Both the position numbers and the translations under genes were made by a program. Of a stretch of DNA of 64,000 nucleotides, positions 40,965 to 51,276 are shown in pieces; position 1 is the first letter of the stretch; each line of letters opens with the position of its first letter. Source of the stretch: an uncultured cyanobacterium (GTDB taxonomy: Bacteria > Cyanobacteriota > Cyanobacteriia > PCC-6307 > Cyanobiaceae); assembly GCA_963697335.1 (NCBI GenBank), contig CAVONQ010000014.1, forward strand, positions 125,865-189,864. Direction: 5' to 3'. Under the pieces are notes generated by a model. It did not search any database. It saw nothing but the letters and a program-made list of their open reading frames with translations, and was not told the origin of the DNA.

Positions 40965-42112
40965 AGGTTCTCCATGTGATCCCCTCGATCAGCCCCCTGA
41001 GGGGTGGGCCCTCCGCGGCGGTGCTGGCGATGGTGGCGGCCCTGCGCCGCCGAGGCGTGGAGGCGGGAATCCTCACGAGCAACGACCACGGCCCCGGCAC
41101 CGACCCCTCCCTGCCCCTCGGCCGCTGGTGCGAGCGGCAGGGAGTGCCCGTGCTGGCCTTTCCGCGCTGCAGCCCGCCGCTGCGGCCGCTGCGGGAATTC
41201 GCCATCACCCCCGGGCTCAACCGCTGGCTGGCGGGCCACCTGGCCCAAGCCCAGCTGCTGCATGTGCATGCCCTCTTCTCCTGGCCCTCCACCAGCGCCA
41301 TGGCCCAGGCCCGCCGTGCCGGCGTGCCCTATCTGCTGCGCCCCATCGGCCAGCTGAACCACTGGAGCCTGCGCCAGAGCGCCGGCCGCAAACGCCTGCT
41401 GCTGCGCCTGATCGAGCGGCGCAACCTCGAGGGCGCGGCCGCATTGCACTTCACCAGTGCGGCGGAGCAACAGGAGGCCGCCGCCCTCGGCCTGCCCACT
41501 TCCGCCTTCGTGCTGCCGCTGGGGGTGGAGGCTCCGGCCCATGGATCAGAGCAGCCACCGCCCCACACCACGGTGTTCCTCTTCCTCTCCCGCCTCCATC
41601 AGAAGAAGCAGCTCGAGCGGCTGCTGGAGGCGCTGGCCCTGTTGCGGCAGCGTGAGCCTGCCGCCTCCTGGGAGCTGCGCATCGCCGGCGATGGCGATCC
41701 CGAGTACGTGGCCGGGTTGCAGGACCTGGCCCGCCGGCTGGATGTCGCTGAACAGTGCCGCTGGCTTGGGTTCCTGGAGGGGGAGGCGAAGTGGCTGGCC
41801 CTGCGCCAGGCCCACTGGTTCGTGCTCCCCTCGGCGTCAGAAAACTTCGGCATCGCCGCGGTGGAGGCCCTGGCCGCCGGCACTCCTGTGATCCTCTCGC
41901 CGCAGGTGGCTGTGGCCGCCGCCGTGGAGCAGGCTGGTGCGGGGCTGGTCTGCCCCGCAGGCCCTCACCGGCTGGCCGATGCCCTGGCACGGGCCCTGGG
42001 AGGTCCGCCAGAATCCATGCAGCTGGCCGCCCGGCGCCTGGCCGCCGACCACTTCAGCTGGCCCGGGATCGCCGAACGTCTGCAGCACCACTACGCCGCC
42101 CTGATCCGTTGA
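40961..42112 (+). CDS. GT4 glycosyltransferase (HpsP-like)
   Basis: MKVLHVIPSISPLRGGPS, FLSRLHQKK, SENFGIAAVEALAAGTPV. Confidence 0.9.
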   Translation: MKVLHVIPSISPLRGGPSAAVLAMVAALRRRGVEAGILTSNDHGPGTDPSLPLGRWCERQGVPVLAFPRCSPPLRPLREFAITPGLNRWLAGHLAQAQLLHVHALFSWPSTSAMAQARRAGVPYLLRPIGQLNHWSLRQSAGRKRLLLRLIERRNLEGAAALHFTSAAEQQEAAALGLPTSAFVLPLGVEAPAHGSEQPPPHTTVFLFLSRLHQKKQLERLLEALALLRQREPAASWELRIAGDGDPEYVAGLQDLARRLDVAEQCRWLGFLEGEAKWLALRQAHWFVLPSASENFGIAAVEALAAGTPVILSPQVAVAAAVEQAGAGLVCPAGPHRLADALARALGGPPESMQLAARRLAADHFSWPGIAERLQHHYAALIR

Positions 42113-43533
42113 CCCTGCTGCTGTTGCTGGTGCTCTTTGGCCTGCTGGCGCTGGTGCTGCTCAGTGGCGACTGGCGGGCCGGCCTGCTGCTCACCCTGGT
42201 GATCGGTTTCCTGCAGGATCCGATCCGCAAGCTCACCCCAGGTCAGCCAGGCCTGTACGTGGGGCTGGTGCTGATCGCCTTTCTCGCTTCGGCGGTGGTG
42301 TTGCTGCAGAGGCGCCGGGGCCGGCTGGAGCTACCCGCCATGTTCTGGACGGCGCCGGCCCTGCGCCGCTGGGTGCCGTTCTTCGTGCTGCTGATCGCCC
42401 TGCAGGCCGTTCACGGCCTGGTGCGTTTCGGCGTTCCCCTGCGCACGCTGATCGGTGTGGGCTTCTACCTCTCGCCCCTGCTGGGGCTGTGGATGGGATT
42501 CCAGATCGGCCGCGACCAAGCCTTCCTGCGCCGCCTGCTGCAGGTGTACCTGCTGGGCTCCGCCCTGGTGGCCCTCACCGTGTTTCTCGACTACCAGGGC
42601 ATGGACATCCCCTTGTTCCGCGAGGTGGGCGGCGGCATCCTGATCCACTTGCGCGGCGGCTTCTCGGTGTTCGGCCCCAGCGGCCTCTGGCGCTCCAGCG
42701 AGCTGGCGGCCTGGCACCTGAGTGCCGCCGCCGCCCTGGCGATCGTGATGGCGGTGGCCGCCGGGCAACCCCAGCAACGCATCGGCTGGCTGCTGCTGGC
42801 CAGCGCCTTCTCCCTGCTCACCCTTGCCACCGGTCGCCGCAAGGGGATCGTGTTCGTGGCCGTGTTCGTGGTGGTATTCGTGGGCCTGCTGGCTCGCAAT
42901 GCCCCCGGTCGCTCCGCCGCCCGCCTGCCGGGCGTGCTCTTCTCAGCGGCCGGTCTCGCCCTGATCCTGGCGTTCCTCCTACCGGAGACGATCCTCGGCG
43001 ACGACTTCGGCATATACCTCAGCCGTGCCGCCAGCGCCCAGGACGATCTGTTGGAGCGCTTCCGGGTGCTCGGGGTGCAGGCATTCCTGCGCGGGCTCGA
43101 GATCTCCGGTGGCCTGGGCCTCGGCGTGGGCACCCTGGCCCAGACCGGCGATCTCCAGGTGGGTGCGGCCACCGGAGACAGCTTCACGTTCGTGTCCGAG
43201 AGCGGAGCCGGCAAGCTGGTAGCGGAGCTGGGCATTCCCGGTTTGTTGATCCTCCTGCCCCTGGGCTTTGAGCTGCTCCGCAACCTGCTCGGCAACCTCC
43301 GCCTGATCCGCCAGCTGCCCGCCGCCACCGCCAACCTCGAGCTGGGCCTGCTGGCCTTCACGCTGGCCCAGATCCCCTTCTTTTCCGCCGCGGCAGGGGT
43401 GTATGGCGACCCGTTCGTGCTGCTGCTGTGTGGTCTGTGCATCGGCACGGTGTTCGCGGTGCCGTCGCTGCTGGGTGAGCAGCTTCAGAGCCAGCAGCTC
43501 AGCGCTGAGGCTCCGGTGGGGGCTTCCTCCTGA
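42109..43533 (+). CDS. Polytopic membrane protein, Wzy polymerase / O-antigen ligase-like
   Basis: Roughly 11-12 hydrophobic segments, QDPIRKL, GLGLGVG loop, ELGIPG; TTG start overlaps the upstream stop. Confidence 0.65.
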   Translation: MTLLLLLVLFGLLALVLLSGDWRAGLLLTLVIGFLQDPIRKLTPGQPGLYVGLVLIAFLASAVVLLQRRRGRLELPAMFWTAPALRRWVPFFVLLIALQAVHGLVRFGVPLRTLIGVGFYLSPLLGLWMGFQIGRDQAFLRRLLQVYLLGSALVALTVFLDYQGMDIPLFREVGGGILIHLRGGFSVFGPSGLWRSSELAAWHLSAAAALAIVMAVAAGQPQQRIGWLLLASAFSLLTLATGRRKGIVFVAVFVVVFVGLLARNAPGRSAARLPGVLFSAAGLALILAFLLPETILGDDFGIYLSRAASAQDDLLERFRVLGVQAFLRGLEISGGLGLGVGTLAQTGDLQVGAATGDSFTFVSESGAGKLVAELGIPGLLILLPLGFELLRNLLGNLRLIRQLPAATANLELGLLAFTLAQIPFFSAAAGVYGDPFVLLLCGLCIGTVFAVPSLLGEQLQSQQLSAEAPVGASS

Positions 43534-43541
43534 AGCCCGCC

Positions 43542-44768
43542 GTGCCTCCTCTCCGGGCCCTGATCAGCACGATCCAGCCCGACAGTGGCGGCGTGCCCGC
43601 CAAGCTGCGCTGGGTGCTGGCAGAGCTGCAGCAGCTCGGCATCGAGCCCGTGGTGGCGTGGTATGAGCCGTGGAGCCTGCAGCCGCGGCTGTCGGTGCCC
43701 CTGCATCGGCTGGGAACTGGGCGCAGACCCGGCCAGCTGCGGCGGCCCGTCTCTGCAGCCAGCGAAACCATCCAGGGCCATGGCATCGGGAGCTGGCTGC
43801 CGGAGCTGGAGTTCACCCACTACCTGCCCGGTCGCCACTGGCAGAGGCTGATCACAGGCGCCGATCTGCACCTGGCCGTCACCGGCAATCCGCTCTGCGC
43901 CCACCGCTTCCTGCCGTTCGGTGTGCCGTTCCTCGCCTGGATCGGCACCCCCTGGCACGGCGACCGCGTTGACCGGGTTCGGCGCTTCCCCTGGCACCGG
44001 CGTCTGCTCGATGCCACCGTGAACGGTCCGGTGCTGCGGGCGATGGAGCGGCGCGTGCTGCGCGCGCCCCAGGGGCAGCTGCTCACCATCAGCCGCCACA
44101 CCGCGGCAGAACTGGAGGCGCTCTCGGGCCGGGCTCCGGCCGGCGTACTGCACCTGCCCCCCGATCCCAACCTGTTCCGGAGCAGGAGTGGCGCCCGGCA
44201 GCCGTGGTTGCTCGGCTTCGCCGGGCGCTACAGCGACCCCCGCAAGCAGATCCTGCTGTTGCTGGATGCGGTGGCCCGCCTGCGGCAGCAGGGCCAGCCC
44301 GTGCAGCTCGAGCTGGCTGGCGAGCCCCACGGCGGCCAGCTGCTGGCGGCGGCACTGGCGGATCGTGGTCTCCAGGGCGTGGTGCATTGCCACCCCTATC
44401 TCACTGCGGGGCAGCTGGCGGCGGCGCTGCAGCGCTGGGATCTGTTCGTGATTCCCTCCCACCAGGAAGGGTTCTGCATCGCGGCGCTGGAGGCGATGGC
44501 CTGCGGGGTGCCGGTGCTCAGCACCCGCTGCGGCGGCCCGGAAGACTTCGTACTGCCCGGCAGCACCGGAGCCCTGGTGGAGGCCGATGCCGCGGCGATG
44601 GCGGCGGCCATCACGGCGATCTGTGCGAGTCCCGCCCACCGGCAGCGGCTCAGCGCCGGTGCCCTGGCCTGGGTGGCCCGCCATGCCGATCCCACGGCCG
44701 CCCGCCGGGCCTTCCGCGGCCATCTCAAGGCGATCTATCCCCATCTGCCCGACTCCCATGCCCCCTGA
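43542..44768 (+). CDS. GT4 glycosyltransferase
   Basis: FAGRYSDPRK, PSHQEGFCIAALEAMACGVPV. Confidence 0.9.
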   Translation: MPPLRALISTIQPDSGGVPAKLRWVLAELQQLGIEPVVAWYEPWSLQPRLSVPLHRLGTGRRPGQLRRPVSAASETIQGHGIGSWLPELEFTHYLPGRHWQRLITGADLHLAVTGNPLCAHRFLPFGVPFLAWIGTPWHGDRVDRVRRFPWHRRLLDATVNGPVLRAMERRVLRAPQGQLLTISRHTAAELEALSGRAPAGVLHLPPDPNLFRSRSGARQPWLLGFAGRYSDPRKQILLLLDAVARLRQQGQPVQLELAGEPHGGQLLAAALADRGLQGVVHCHPYLTAGQLAAALQRWDLFVIPSHQEGFCIAALEAMACGVPVLSTRCGGPEDFVLPGSTGALVEADAAAMAAAITAICASPAHRQRLSAGALAWVARHADPTAARRAFRGHLKAIYPHLPDSHAP

Positions 44769-45330
44769 GCCGCTTTCCCAGCACCCGGTGGTGCAGCGCC
44801 TCGATCACTACCGCACACCACCCGACTGGTCTCCCGGCCGGCCCTGGCTGGTGCAGACCCTCTGGTTCTGCCTGGGGTCACCCCTGCTGGCGGCCCGCTG
44901 GCTGCCGGGTTCGCCCTGGCGCGTGGCGCTGTTGCGCCTGTTCGGGGCCCGCATCGGCCACGGCTGCCGGCTCAAGCCCGGCCTGCGGGTGCAGCTGCCC
45001 TGGCGGCTGGTGGTGGGCCGGCACTGCTGGCTGGGGGAAGGCGCCTGGCTCGACAACCTGGCGCCGATCAGGCTCGGCGATCGGGTGTGCGTGTCCCAGG
45101 GGGCCTATCTCTGCACGGGCAACCACGATTTCCGCTCCCCAGGCTTCGAACAGCGGCTGGCGCCGATCAGCGTGGGTGATGACGCGTGGATCGCCGCCCG
45201 GGCGGTACTGGCGCCCGGCACAGTGGTGGGTGCCAGCGCCGTGATCGCCCTGGCGGCAGTGGTGAGCGGCCTGGTGCCAGCCGGCGCCATCCTGCGGGGC
45301 AATCCGGCGGCGGTGGTAGGGCAGCGGTAA
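44758..45330 (+). CDS. wcaF: WcaF-family polysaccharide O-acetyltransferase
   Basis: LLRLFGARIG, PWRLVVG, SQGAYLCTGNHD, GNPA. Confidence 0.9.
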   Translation: MPPEPLSQHPVVQRLDHYRTPPDWSPGRPWLVQTLWFCLGSPLLAARWLPGSPWRVALLRLFGARIGHGCRLKPGLRVQLPWRLVVGRHCWLGEGAWLDNLAPIRLGDRVCVSQGAYLCTGNHDFRSPGFEQRLAPISVGDDAWIAARAVLAPGTVVGASAVIALAAVVSGLVPAGAILRGNPAAVVGQR

Positions 45331-45394
45331 TGGGCGGGCCTGTTGATGCGCACCACTCTCACGGCCGAGGGCTGATTCCACACTCTCGCCTCCA

Positions 45395-45836
45395 TCACAT
45401 CGGAGCAATCTCCAGCCGTTCCACCACGATGCGGTAGTGCTCGGCAGCGTCGCAGAGTTCCCGATCGAAGCTCGCCATGGTGCTGCGCTGGCGCTGGCAT
45501 AGGGCCAGATGCAGGGCATCGCCGGCGCGGATGGCCGGGCCATGGTTGGCGCAGAAGTCGCGGGCCGACCTGAAATCTTCAGCTTCCAGGGTCACCAGCG
45601 TGCAGCGTGCGTCGCGCAGGGCGCCGTAGCGCTGCAGGGCCTGGGCTGATTCCTCTGCCGTGATCACCCCGCTGCGTGCGCTTGATCGACAGGGCGGAGG
45701 CCAGTTCCACCTCGGTCCATGCCGACAGCAGCCAGTCCTGCCGTTCGGCTGCCTGCAGAAACCGCTTGGCGGACTCCGTACCGGGCTCCCGGATCAGGGC
45801 GGCCACCAGCAACGACGTATCGAGGTAGACGCGCAT
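45395..45836 (-). pseudogene. vapC: VapC/PIN toxin with an apparent frameshift near 45675
   Basis: MRVYLDTSLLV...TEVELASAL in one frame; IRAGDALHLA...SFD in the other. Confidence 0.85.
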
Positions 45837-46084
45837 CAGAACCGTGCAGCGCCCCGCATCTCCCGGCTGAAGCTGGCGGCATCGCTTCCCCCGTGGAGCG
45901 GCTGGGCGTCTGTGGTGCTGAGGAAGCCGGCCAGGTCGAAACCAGCCCCAGGCTGGTCTGCGATCGGCATGAGCCGGGCCACCGGCACCCCCCGGCGGGT
46001 GATCTCCACCTCCTCTCCCGCCTCCACGGCCTGCAGCAGCTGGGAGAGGTGAGCCTTCGCCTGGGCCACCGTGAGGCTGCGCAT
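45836..46084 (-). CDS. Phd/YefM-family antitoxin
   Basis: VAQAKAHLSQLLQAVEAGEEVEITRRGVPVARL; stop overlaps the toxin start. Confidence 0.92.
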   Translation of the reverse strand: MRSLTVAQAKAHLSQLLQAVEAGEEVEITRRGVPVARLMPIADQPGAGFDLAGFLSTTDAQPLHGGSDAASFSREMRGAARF

Positions 46085-46096
46085 GTCGAAGCTTTG

Positions 46097-46124
46097 ATGG
46101 TCACCTGACTATCTTAGTCGCCAT
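46097..46124 (-). promoter_or_regulatory. Putative TA promoter/operator
   Basis: Minus strand ATGGCGACTAAGATAGTCAGGTGACCAT: TAAGAT -10-like hexamer overlapping a GACTA-N3-TAGTC palindrome. Confidence 0.5.
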
Positions 46125-46162
46125 GGTTCCAGCCAGCCGTTCCATGCCTGCTGCCCGCTCCC

Positions 46163-46966
46163 GTGGCTGATCCCCTCGCTGAGGTCACCCCACTGATCCT
46201 CACCTTCAACGAGGAGGCCAACATCGGCCGCACCCTGGCGGGGCTCAGCTGGGCCCAGCGCATCGTGGTGGTCGACAGCGGCAGCACCGACCGCACCCTG
46301 GAGATCCTGGCCGCTGCGCCCGAGGTGGAGGTGGTGCATCGGGTGTTCGACAGCCACGCGCGCCAGTGGAATGCAGGCCTGGAGCAGATCGGTGGCGGCT
46401 GGGTGCTCAGCCTCGACGCCGACTACCAGGTCACGCTGCCCCTGCTGGAGGAGATGACCGAAGCCCTCCGCAGCGTTTCCTTAGCAGTGAGCGGCTTCCG
46501 CATTCCCTTCAGATACTGCGTGGCGGGCCAGCCTTTGCGAAGCACGGTGCTGCCGCCCCGCATCACGCTGTTCCGCCGCCGCGCCGGCCACTACTTGGAC
46601 GATGGCCACACCCAGAAACTCTCCCTGGCGGGGCGGTGCGAGCTATTGCGGCGGCCGATCCTCCACGACGATCGCAAGAGCCTCAGGCGCTGGTTCTGGG
46701 CTCAGGAGCGCTATGTGCGCTTGGAGGTGGTGAAACTCCGCACCACCCCCCGCCACCAGCTCTCCGGCGCCGACCGCCTGCGCCAACATCACGTGATCGC
46801 CCCCGTGGCGGTGCTGCTGCTCTGCCTGGTGTGGCACCGGGGCCTGCTGGATGGCTGGCGCGGCTGGTATTACGCCTTCCAGCGGGTGCTGGTGGAGCTG
46901 ATGCTCAGCCTGATGCTCTGGGAGGCGCGATGGGCGCCAGCTGGAGGCAAAGAATCCGGTGGTTGA
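46163..46966 (+). CDS. GT2 glycosyltransferase
   Basis: ILTFNEEANI, VDSGSTD, SLDAD, DGHTQ, HDDRK. Confidence 0.92.
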   Translation: MADPLAEVTPLILTFNEEANIGRTLAGLSWAQRIVVVDSGSTDRTLEILAAAPEVEVVHRVFDSHARQWNAGLEQIGGGWVLSLDADYQVTLPLLEEMTEALRSVSLAVSGFRIPFRYCVAGQPLRSTVLPPRITLFRRRAGHYLDDGHTQKLSLAGRCELLRRPILHDDRKSLRRWFWAQERYVRLEVVKLRTTPRHQLSGADRLRQHHVIAPVAVLLLCLVWHRGLLDGWRGWYYAFQRVLVELMLSLMLWEARWAPAGGKESGG

Positions 46967-47585
46967 AGTCTTGCCCTCGGACTATGGCTGGGGAGAGGAG
47001 GTTCCCCACACCCAGGCCTACTTGGTCAAGCCGTTGCTGCGCTTGCTGCAGGAGGGGTCAGGCCCAGGCAGCCGCGTGCTCGATCTCGGCTGCGGCAACG
47101 GCGCCCTTGCCGATCGGCTCACGCACCTGGGGTACGAGGTGGTGGGTGTGGACCCCAGTGCCAGCGGTATTGCTGCGGCGCAGCGGCGTTTCCCCACACT
47201 TGAGGTTCACCAGGCGGCAGCCACAGCGGAAGATCTTGACAAGTTGAGCCTACCCCCATTCGACGTGGTGATCAGCACAGAAGTGGTGGAGCATTGCTAT
47301 GCCCCACGTCTCTGGGCGGCAGCGGCCTACGCCAGCCTGAAGCCTGGAGGCCTGTTTCTCTGCTCCACGCCGTATCACGGCTATCTGAAGAACTGCGCCC
47401 TAGCTCTCACCGGCAAACTTGACGCCCATTTCACTGCCCTCTGGGAGGGTGGCCACATCAAGTTCTGGAGCCGCCGCAGCCTGGCTGGGCTGTTGAGCGA
47501 AGCAGGCTTTGTCAAGCTGCATTTCGCCGGTGCCGGCCGCTTGCCCTGGTTGTGGAAGTCGATGCTGATGGCAGGCCGCCACTAG
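46959..47585 (+). CDS. Class I SAM methyltransferase (UbiG-like fold)
   Basis: VLDLGCGNG, GVDPS, STEVVEH, STPYHGYLKN, GGHIKFWS. Confidence 0.9.
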   Translation: MVEVLPSDYGWGEEVPHTQAYLVKPLLRLLQEGSGPGSRVLDLGCGNGALADRLTHLGYEVVGVDPSASGIAAAQRRFPTLEVHQAAATAEDLDKLSLPPFDVVISTEVVEHCYAPRLWAAAAYASLKPGGLFLCSTPYHGYLKNCALALTGKLDAHFTALWEGGHIKFWSRRSLAGLLSEAGFVKLHFAGAGRLPWLWKSMLMAGRH

Positions 47586-47705
47586 ACATTGGTTCAGCCG
47601 GTGCTTCTGGCTGGCTTCAAATCTCAATCAAGCTGGCTGTAGGTTCAGAAGCCACGCATCCGACCACATCAACTGCCTTTCGTGTTGAGTTGCCTTGCCA
47701 GCGAC

Positions 47706-48350
47706 CTATGAAGGGCGGCGTGTGGAAGTCGACGAATAACGCTTTCTGGCAACCAAAGCTAACGGCAGAAAGCCTAAAAGGGCTGGAGCCACTGGAACCG
47801 CAATGATGGAGAATCCGGACACCACCGTTATCCCTCGCCCGAGCTGCGAATCAGTAGAGCGTTGATTGAAACCAAACACATCGTCTAGGCTGGACGAGAA
47901 AGCTAGCGTTGCCAGATTGAGTGGTATTAATGGGAAGTCCATTGTTCGTTAGCCGAACAAAGTTGCCATTTAGCACATAGCCAAAAGGATCAAATGTTGA
48001 GCCGTCCACATCTCTTGTCACGTACGACCAGTTAAATGAAACCGTACTGGCGACCGGGGCCAAGGGGTCGGCGGTAATCGTGAAAGTGGTATTGGAAAGG
48101 CCGCCACCATTATCCTTGCTCCTCAGGGTGATGGTGTTATTGGGAGCAGTACCACCGACCGCGACTGTGGCATTGGGTATGGCATTAATAGCCCAGTTCC
48201 CGGTAGCGTAGTAGCCCGTAAAGCCGATAGCGTGAACGGGTGCCGGCAGCCAAGTGGCCGCCCCCGCGACACCAGCAAGCAGCAGCCCCTTGACGGCTGC
48301 TGGACCGCGGAAGGTGGGAGCCTTCTTTGATGGAAAAGCGTTCAACAAGG
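47706..48350 (-). CDS. Secreted PEP-CTERM-like protein, split by an indel near 47885 (start uncertain)
   Basis: Signal peptide ending PVHA; Thr/Asn/Gly-rich domain VSFNWSY..D..FDPFGYVLNG..QSG..DVFGF; C-terminus AVPVAPALLGFLPLALVARKR. Confidence 0.75.
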
Positions 48351-48873
48351 AAAGCAAAAGGAAGTCATGGTGTGGATTTACTCCTAACCAATAAACATAG
48401 CACGCGCTGCCTGGATCGGCCTTGTTCTGAGTTGCCAAGCGGCAAATCCCAGACTGCTGATGGTTCGGAATGCAGCATGGCCAAAGCGGCCGATCGGTAA
48501 AATCATAGTCTCAGCTCGCAGGTGGGCCGGCCACGCAACCGCTTTCAATGACGATAATATTACTTTTAGTAGGATGTATCTCTACTGGGTTGACTCCACG
48601 GCGTAGTCACGACCGAGCAGATCGGCGCTGATCCTTGCGCCGCCGTGAGTGGAAAAGGGGAGTGGAAGGCGCCATTGCGGGCATGATTAGCCTCTTAATC
48701 CTCCTACTGTCCTACCTGCGGCCAGGGGGCTTGCCAAGAGCCAGAGCAGCCAGTTCCTAGACCGGTATACGGATTGACTAGGGTGGCTTAATAGATGCCA
48801 ATGGATCAGTGCGTTCTTCCTCAGGTCATGGGTTGGACGTCACCGCTGGTCTCCCGCAAGCATGTGACACCTG

Positions 48874-50223
48874 ATGACAACTGGCTGCCCCGCCACCCCA
48901 ACCCAGTCCTTTCCTGCTGCTCCCCCTTTGACCAAGCTGCTGCAGCGGCTGAACTGGCGGCGCAATCGCAGCCGCGCGGCGCGGGTGACGGTGGTGAACC
49001 AGTTCTTCCCGCCCGACTACGCCGCCACAGGTCAGCTGCTGGAGGATCTCACCGGCCGCCTTTCGGCCAGCGGCCTGCAGATTCAAATCCTCACTGGCAT
49101 GCCGGCCTACGCCGGGCCGGCCAGCGAGGCCGATCGGATCGAATTTCTGCCCAACCGCTGCATCCGCCGCACGCGTGCCTCGCGCTTCTGGCCCCGCCGC
49201 ATCCGGGGCCGCGCCGTGAACAGCGTGATCTTTTGCCTACGCATTGGACTGCGGCTGCTGCGCTATGTGCGCCGCGGCGACCTGATCGTGTACACCACTG
49301 AACCGGCCTACCTGCCGATCGTGGGCTGGCTGGTGCACTGCATCACCCGCACCCCCTACGTACTGATCCTCTACGACCTCTATCCCGATGTGCTCGAGGA
49401 GCTGAAGGTGCTGCCAGCCGGACACTGGCTCTGCCGCCTGTGGCGCCAGCTCAACCGACCAGCCCTCTCGGATGCCACCGAGGTGGTGGTGCTCAGCGAG
49501 CTGATGGCCAACCGCGTGCTGGCCCAGGCCCCCGACGTGGCCGATCGCCTGCATGTGATTCCCAGCTGGGCCGACCCTGAGGTGATCCGCCCTCTGCCGA
49601 AGAGGAGCAACTGGTTTGTGCAGCGCTACGGGCTGGAGGATCGCTTCACAGTGATGTATTCCGGCAACCAGGGCCGCTGCCATGATCTGGTGACCCTGCT
49701 CGGTGCCGCTCTGATGCTCAAGGGCGAAACTGACGTGCAGTTCCTGGTCGTGGGCGACGGGCCCCAACACCGGCGCCTGCTGCAGTTGGCCCGCGAATGG
49801 GACCTCAGCAATGTGCGCTTCCTGCCCTATCAGGACCCCGACGCCCTGCCCCAGTCGCTGGCGGCGGCCGATCTGGCAGTGGTGAGCGTATCGATCGAGG
49901 CGGTGGGGGTGGTGGCCCCCTGCAAGCTCTACGGCCACCTGGCCGCCGCCACCCCGATCGCCGCCATCACCCCGCCGGGCTCCGACCTGCGCAGATTGGT
50001 GGAGGGCAGCGGCTGCGGCCGCTGGTTTGCTAACGGCGACGCCGGCGCCCTGGTGGCCTGGATCCGTGAATTGGCCGCTGATCCTGCCACAGCCGCAGCC
50101 CAGGGTGCCGCTGGCCTGGTTCTGCTGCGCCGCACCGCCACCCCGGATCTCGTGAGCGAACGCTACCTCCAGCTGATCAGTCGCCATCTGCCGGAAGGGA
50201 AGCTGGTGGCTAAGACGGGCTGA
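48874..50223 (+). CDS. GT4 glycosyltransferase (WcaI/WbuB-like)
   Basis: NQFFPPDYAATGQL, YDLYPD, IPSWAD, MYSGNQGRCH, PCKLYG. Confidence 0.9.
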   Translation: MTTGCPATPTQSFPAAPPLTKLLQRLNWRRNRSRAARVTVVNQFFPPDYAATGQLLEDLTGRLSASGLQIQILTGMPAYAGPASEADRIEFLPNRCIRRTRASRFWPRRIRGRAVNSVIFCLRIGLRLLRYVRRGDLIVYTTEPAYLPIVGWLVHCITRTPYVLILYDLYPDVLEELKVLPAGHWLCRLWRQLNRPALSDATEVVVLSELMANRVLAQAPDVADRLHVIPSWADPEVIRPLPKRSNWFVQRYGLEDRFTVMYSGNQGRCHDLVTLLGAALMLKGETDVQFLVVGDGPQHRRLLQLAREWDLSNVRFLPYQDPDALPQSLAAADLAVVSVSIEAVGVVAPCKLYGHLAAATPIAAITPPGSDLRRLVEGSGCGRWFANGDAGALVAWIRELAADPATAAAQGAAGLVLLRRTATPDLVSERYLQLISRHLPEGKLVAKTG

Positions 50224-50244
50224 GCCGCTGGCGAGCTGATGGCT

Positions 50245-50448
50245 TCAAAGGACCTTGCTGGCCGCCGCCAAGCTTTCCCTCGCCAATTGCAGGCCGGTGT
50301 GGAATTGCCGGGTGGCTACGAGTGATTCTCCGCTTCCCCTGGCGGTGAGCAGCTTCGACGACAACACGTTGTAGAGCTGCATCACCTGGCTGGAATAGGC
50401 CTGGTGCAGAGCTTGCTGGGTCAGGGCCTTGAGCTCGGCTTGTGTCAT
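50245..50448 (-). CDS. Small helical hypothetical protein
   Basis: 67 aa ATG ORF filling the intergenic gap; amphipathic helices. Confidence 0.55.
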   Translation of the reverse strand: MTQAELKALTQQALHQAYSSQVMQLYNVLSSKLLTARGSGESLVATRQFHTGLQLARESLAAASKVL

Positions 50449-50578
50449 CGATTCAGAGGCGAGGAGCGGCTCAGTTGGATGAGCAGAATTACTTTAGACA
50501 CCCATCACTGCATGAATGTTGCGATAGATGAATCTGCTGTACTGAAAAGACTGGGGTAGCTAGGATTATGGCAGATGG

Positions 50579-51241
50579 TTGCTCTGGTGTGTGCCATGGC
50601 TGAGACCTGGATCGCTCGGTGCTCACGAAGCCAGTTATCGAGCGCTCGTCTCGCGATCCGTGTTTCGAGAAAATTATGATGTTGGCTATATTGGATTTAC
50701 CTATTCTGATTCCCACTTCATTTCCCGAGGGATTGGCTACTTCACGCGATGGGCACGCATGAGCCAGGTGAAGGTGTCCCACGCCTTGCTGGTGAGTGGA
50801 GAAAACGAATGCATCGAGGCCCATGCCAGGGAGGTGTGCAGAGAGCAGCTCTGAGGGGACTACTTCAACGACGAACACTGCCAGATCTTCTTTCGTAAGC
50901 CTGTTGGCCTGAATTCAGACATTGCTGCCAGGCTCGTGACGACAGCTGAGCTTGAGATTGGTTGCAAGTACGACATTGCCTTGATCGCAGGGCATGCCTG
51001 CAGCGACAACCATCTGGGCCGCCTGATCCGGGAGGTGTTTGGTGGAGATGCGGCAGATCTTCTCTGCCGGCTGAAAAACAATGAAAACCGCTGGATCTGC
51101 AGCGAATTCGCTGCCTATTGCCTGAGTGAACAGCCTGAGTACCATCGCAAAGGGATTCTCCAGAAACCCGCTGAAACCATCGATCCCCAGGAGCTTTTTG
51201 AAGACACCTTCCTGTTTGAACCATGGAAGAATGATCTCTGA
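50579..51241 (+). pseudogene. Permuted papain-like (YiiX/YebB, NlpC/P60) amidase, interrupted
   Basis: His motif VSHALLV...IEA precedes GCKYD and Cys motif WICSEF; both track ORFs share one frame, separated by TGA at 50852. Confidence 0.72.
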
Positions 51242-51276
51242 ATCTGTGTTTTTCCGGCAGAAACTTAGTGGCGGAG

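Noticed and set aside
41755..42108. N-terminal extension of the 592 aa membrane protein
   Set aside because: It overlaps the GT4 gene out of frame; the TTG at 42109 fits coupling.
50852..50854. In-frame TGA within the amidase gene, suggesting selenocysteine or readthrough
   Set aside because: One missing G near 50830 plus one extra G near 50855 restores EAHARGGVQRAALRDYF, a better family-like sequence; the TGA is not at the catalytic Cys.
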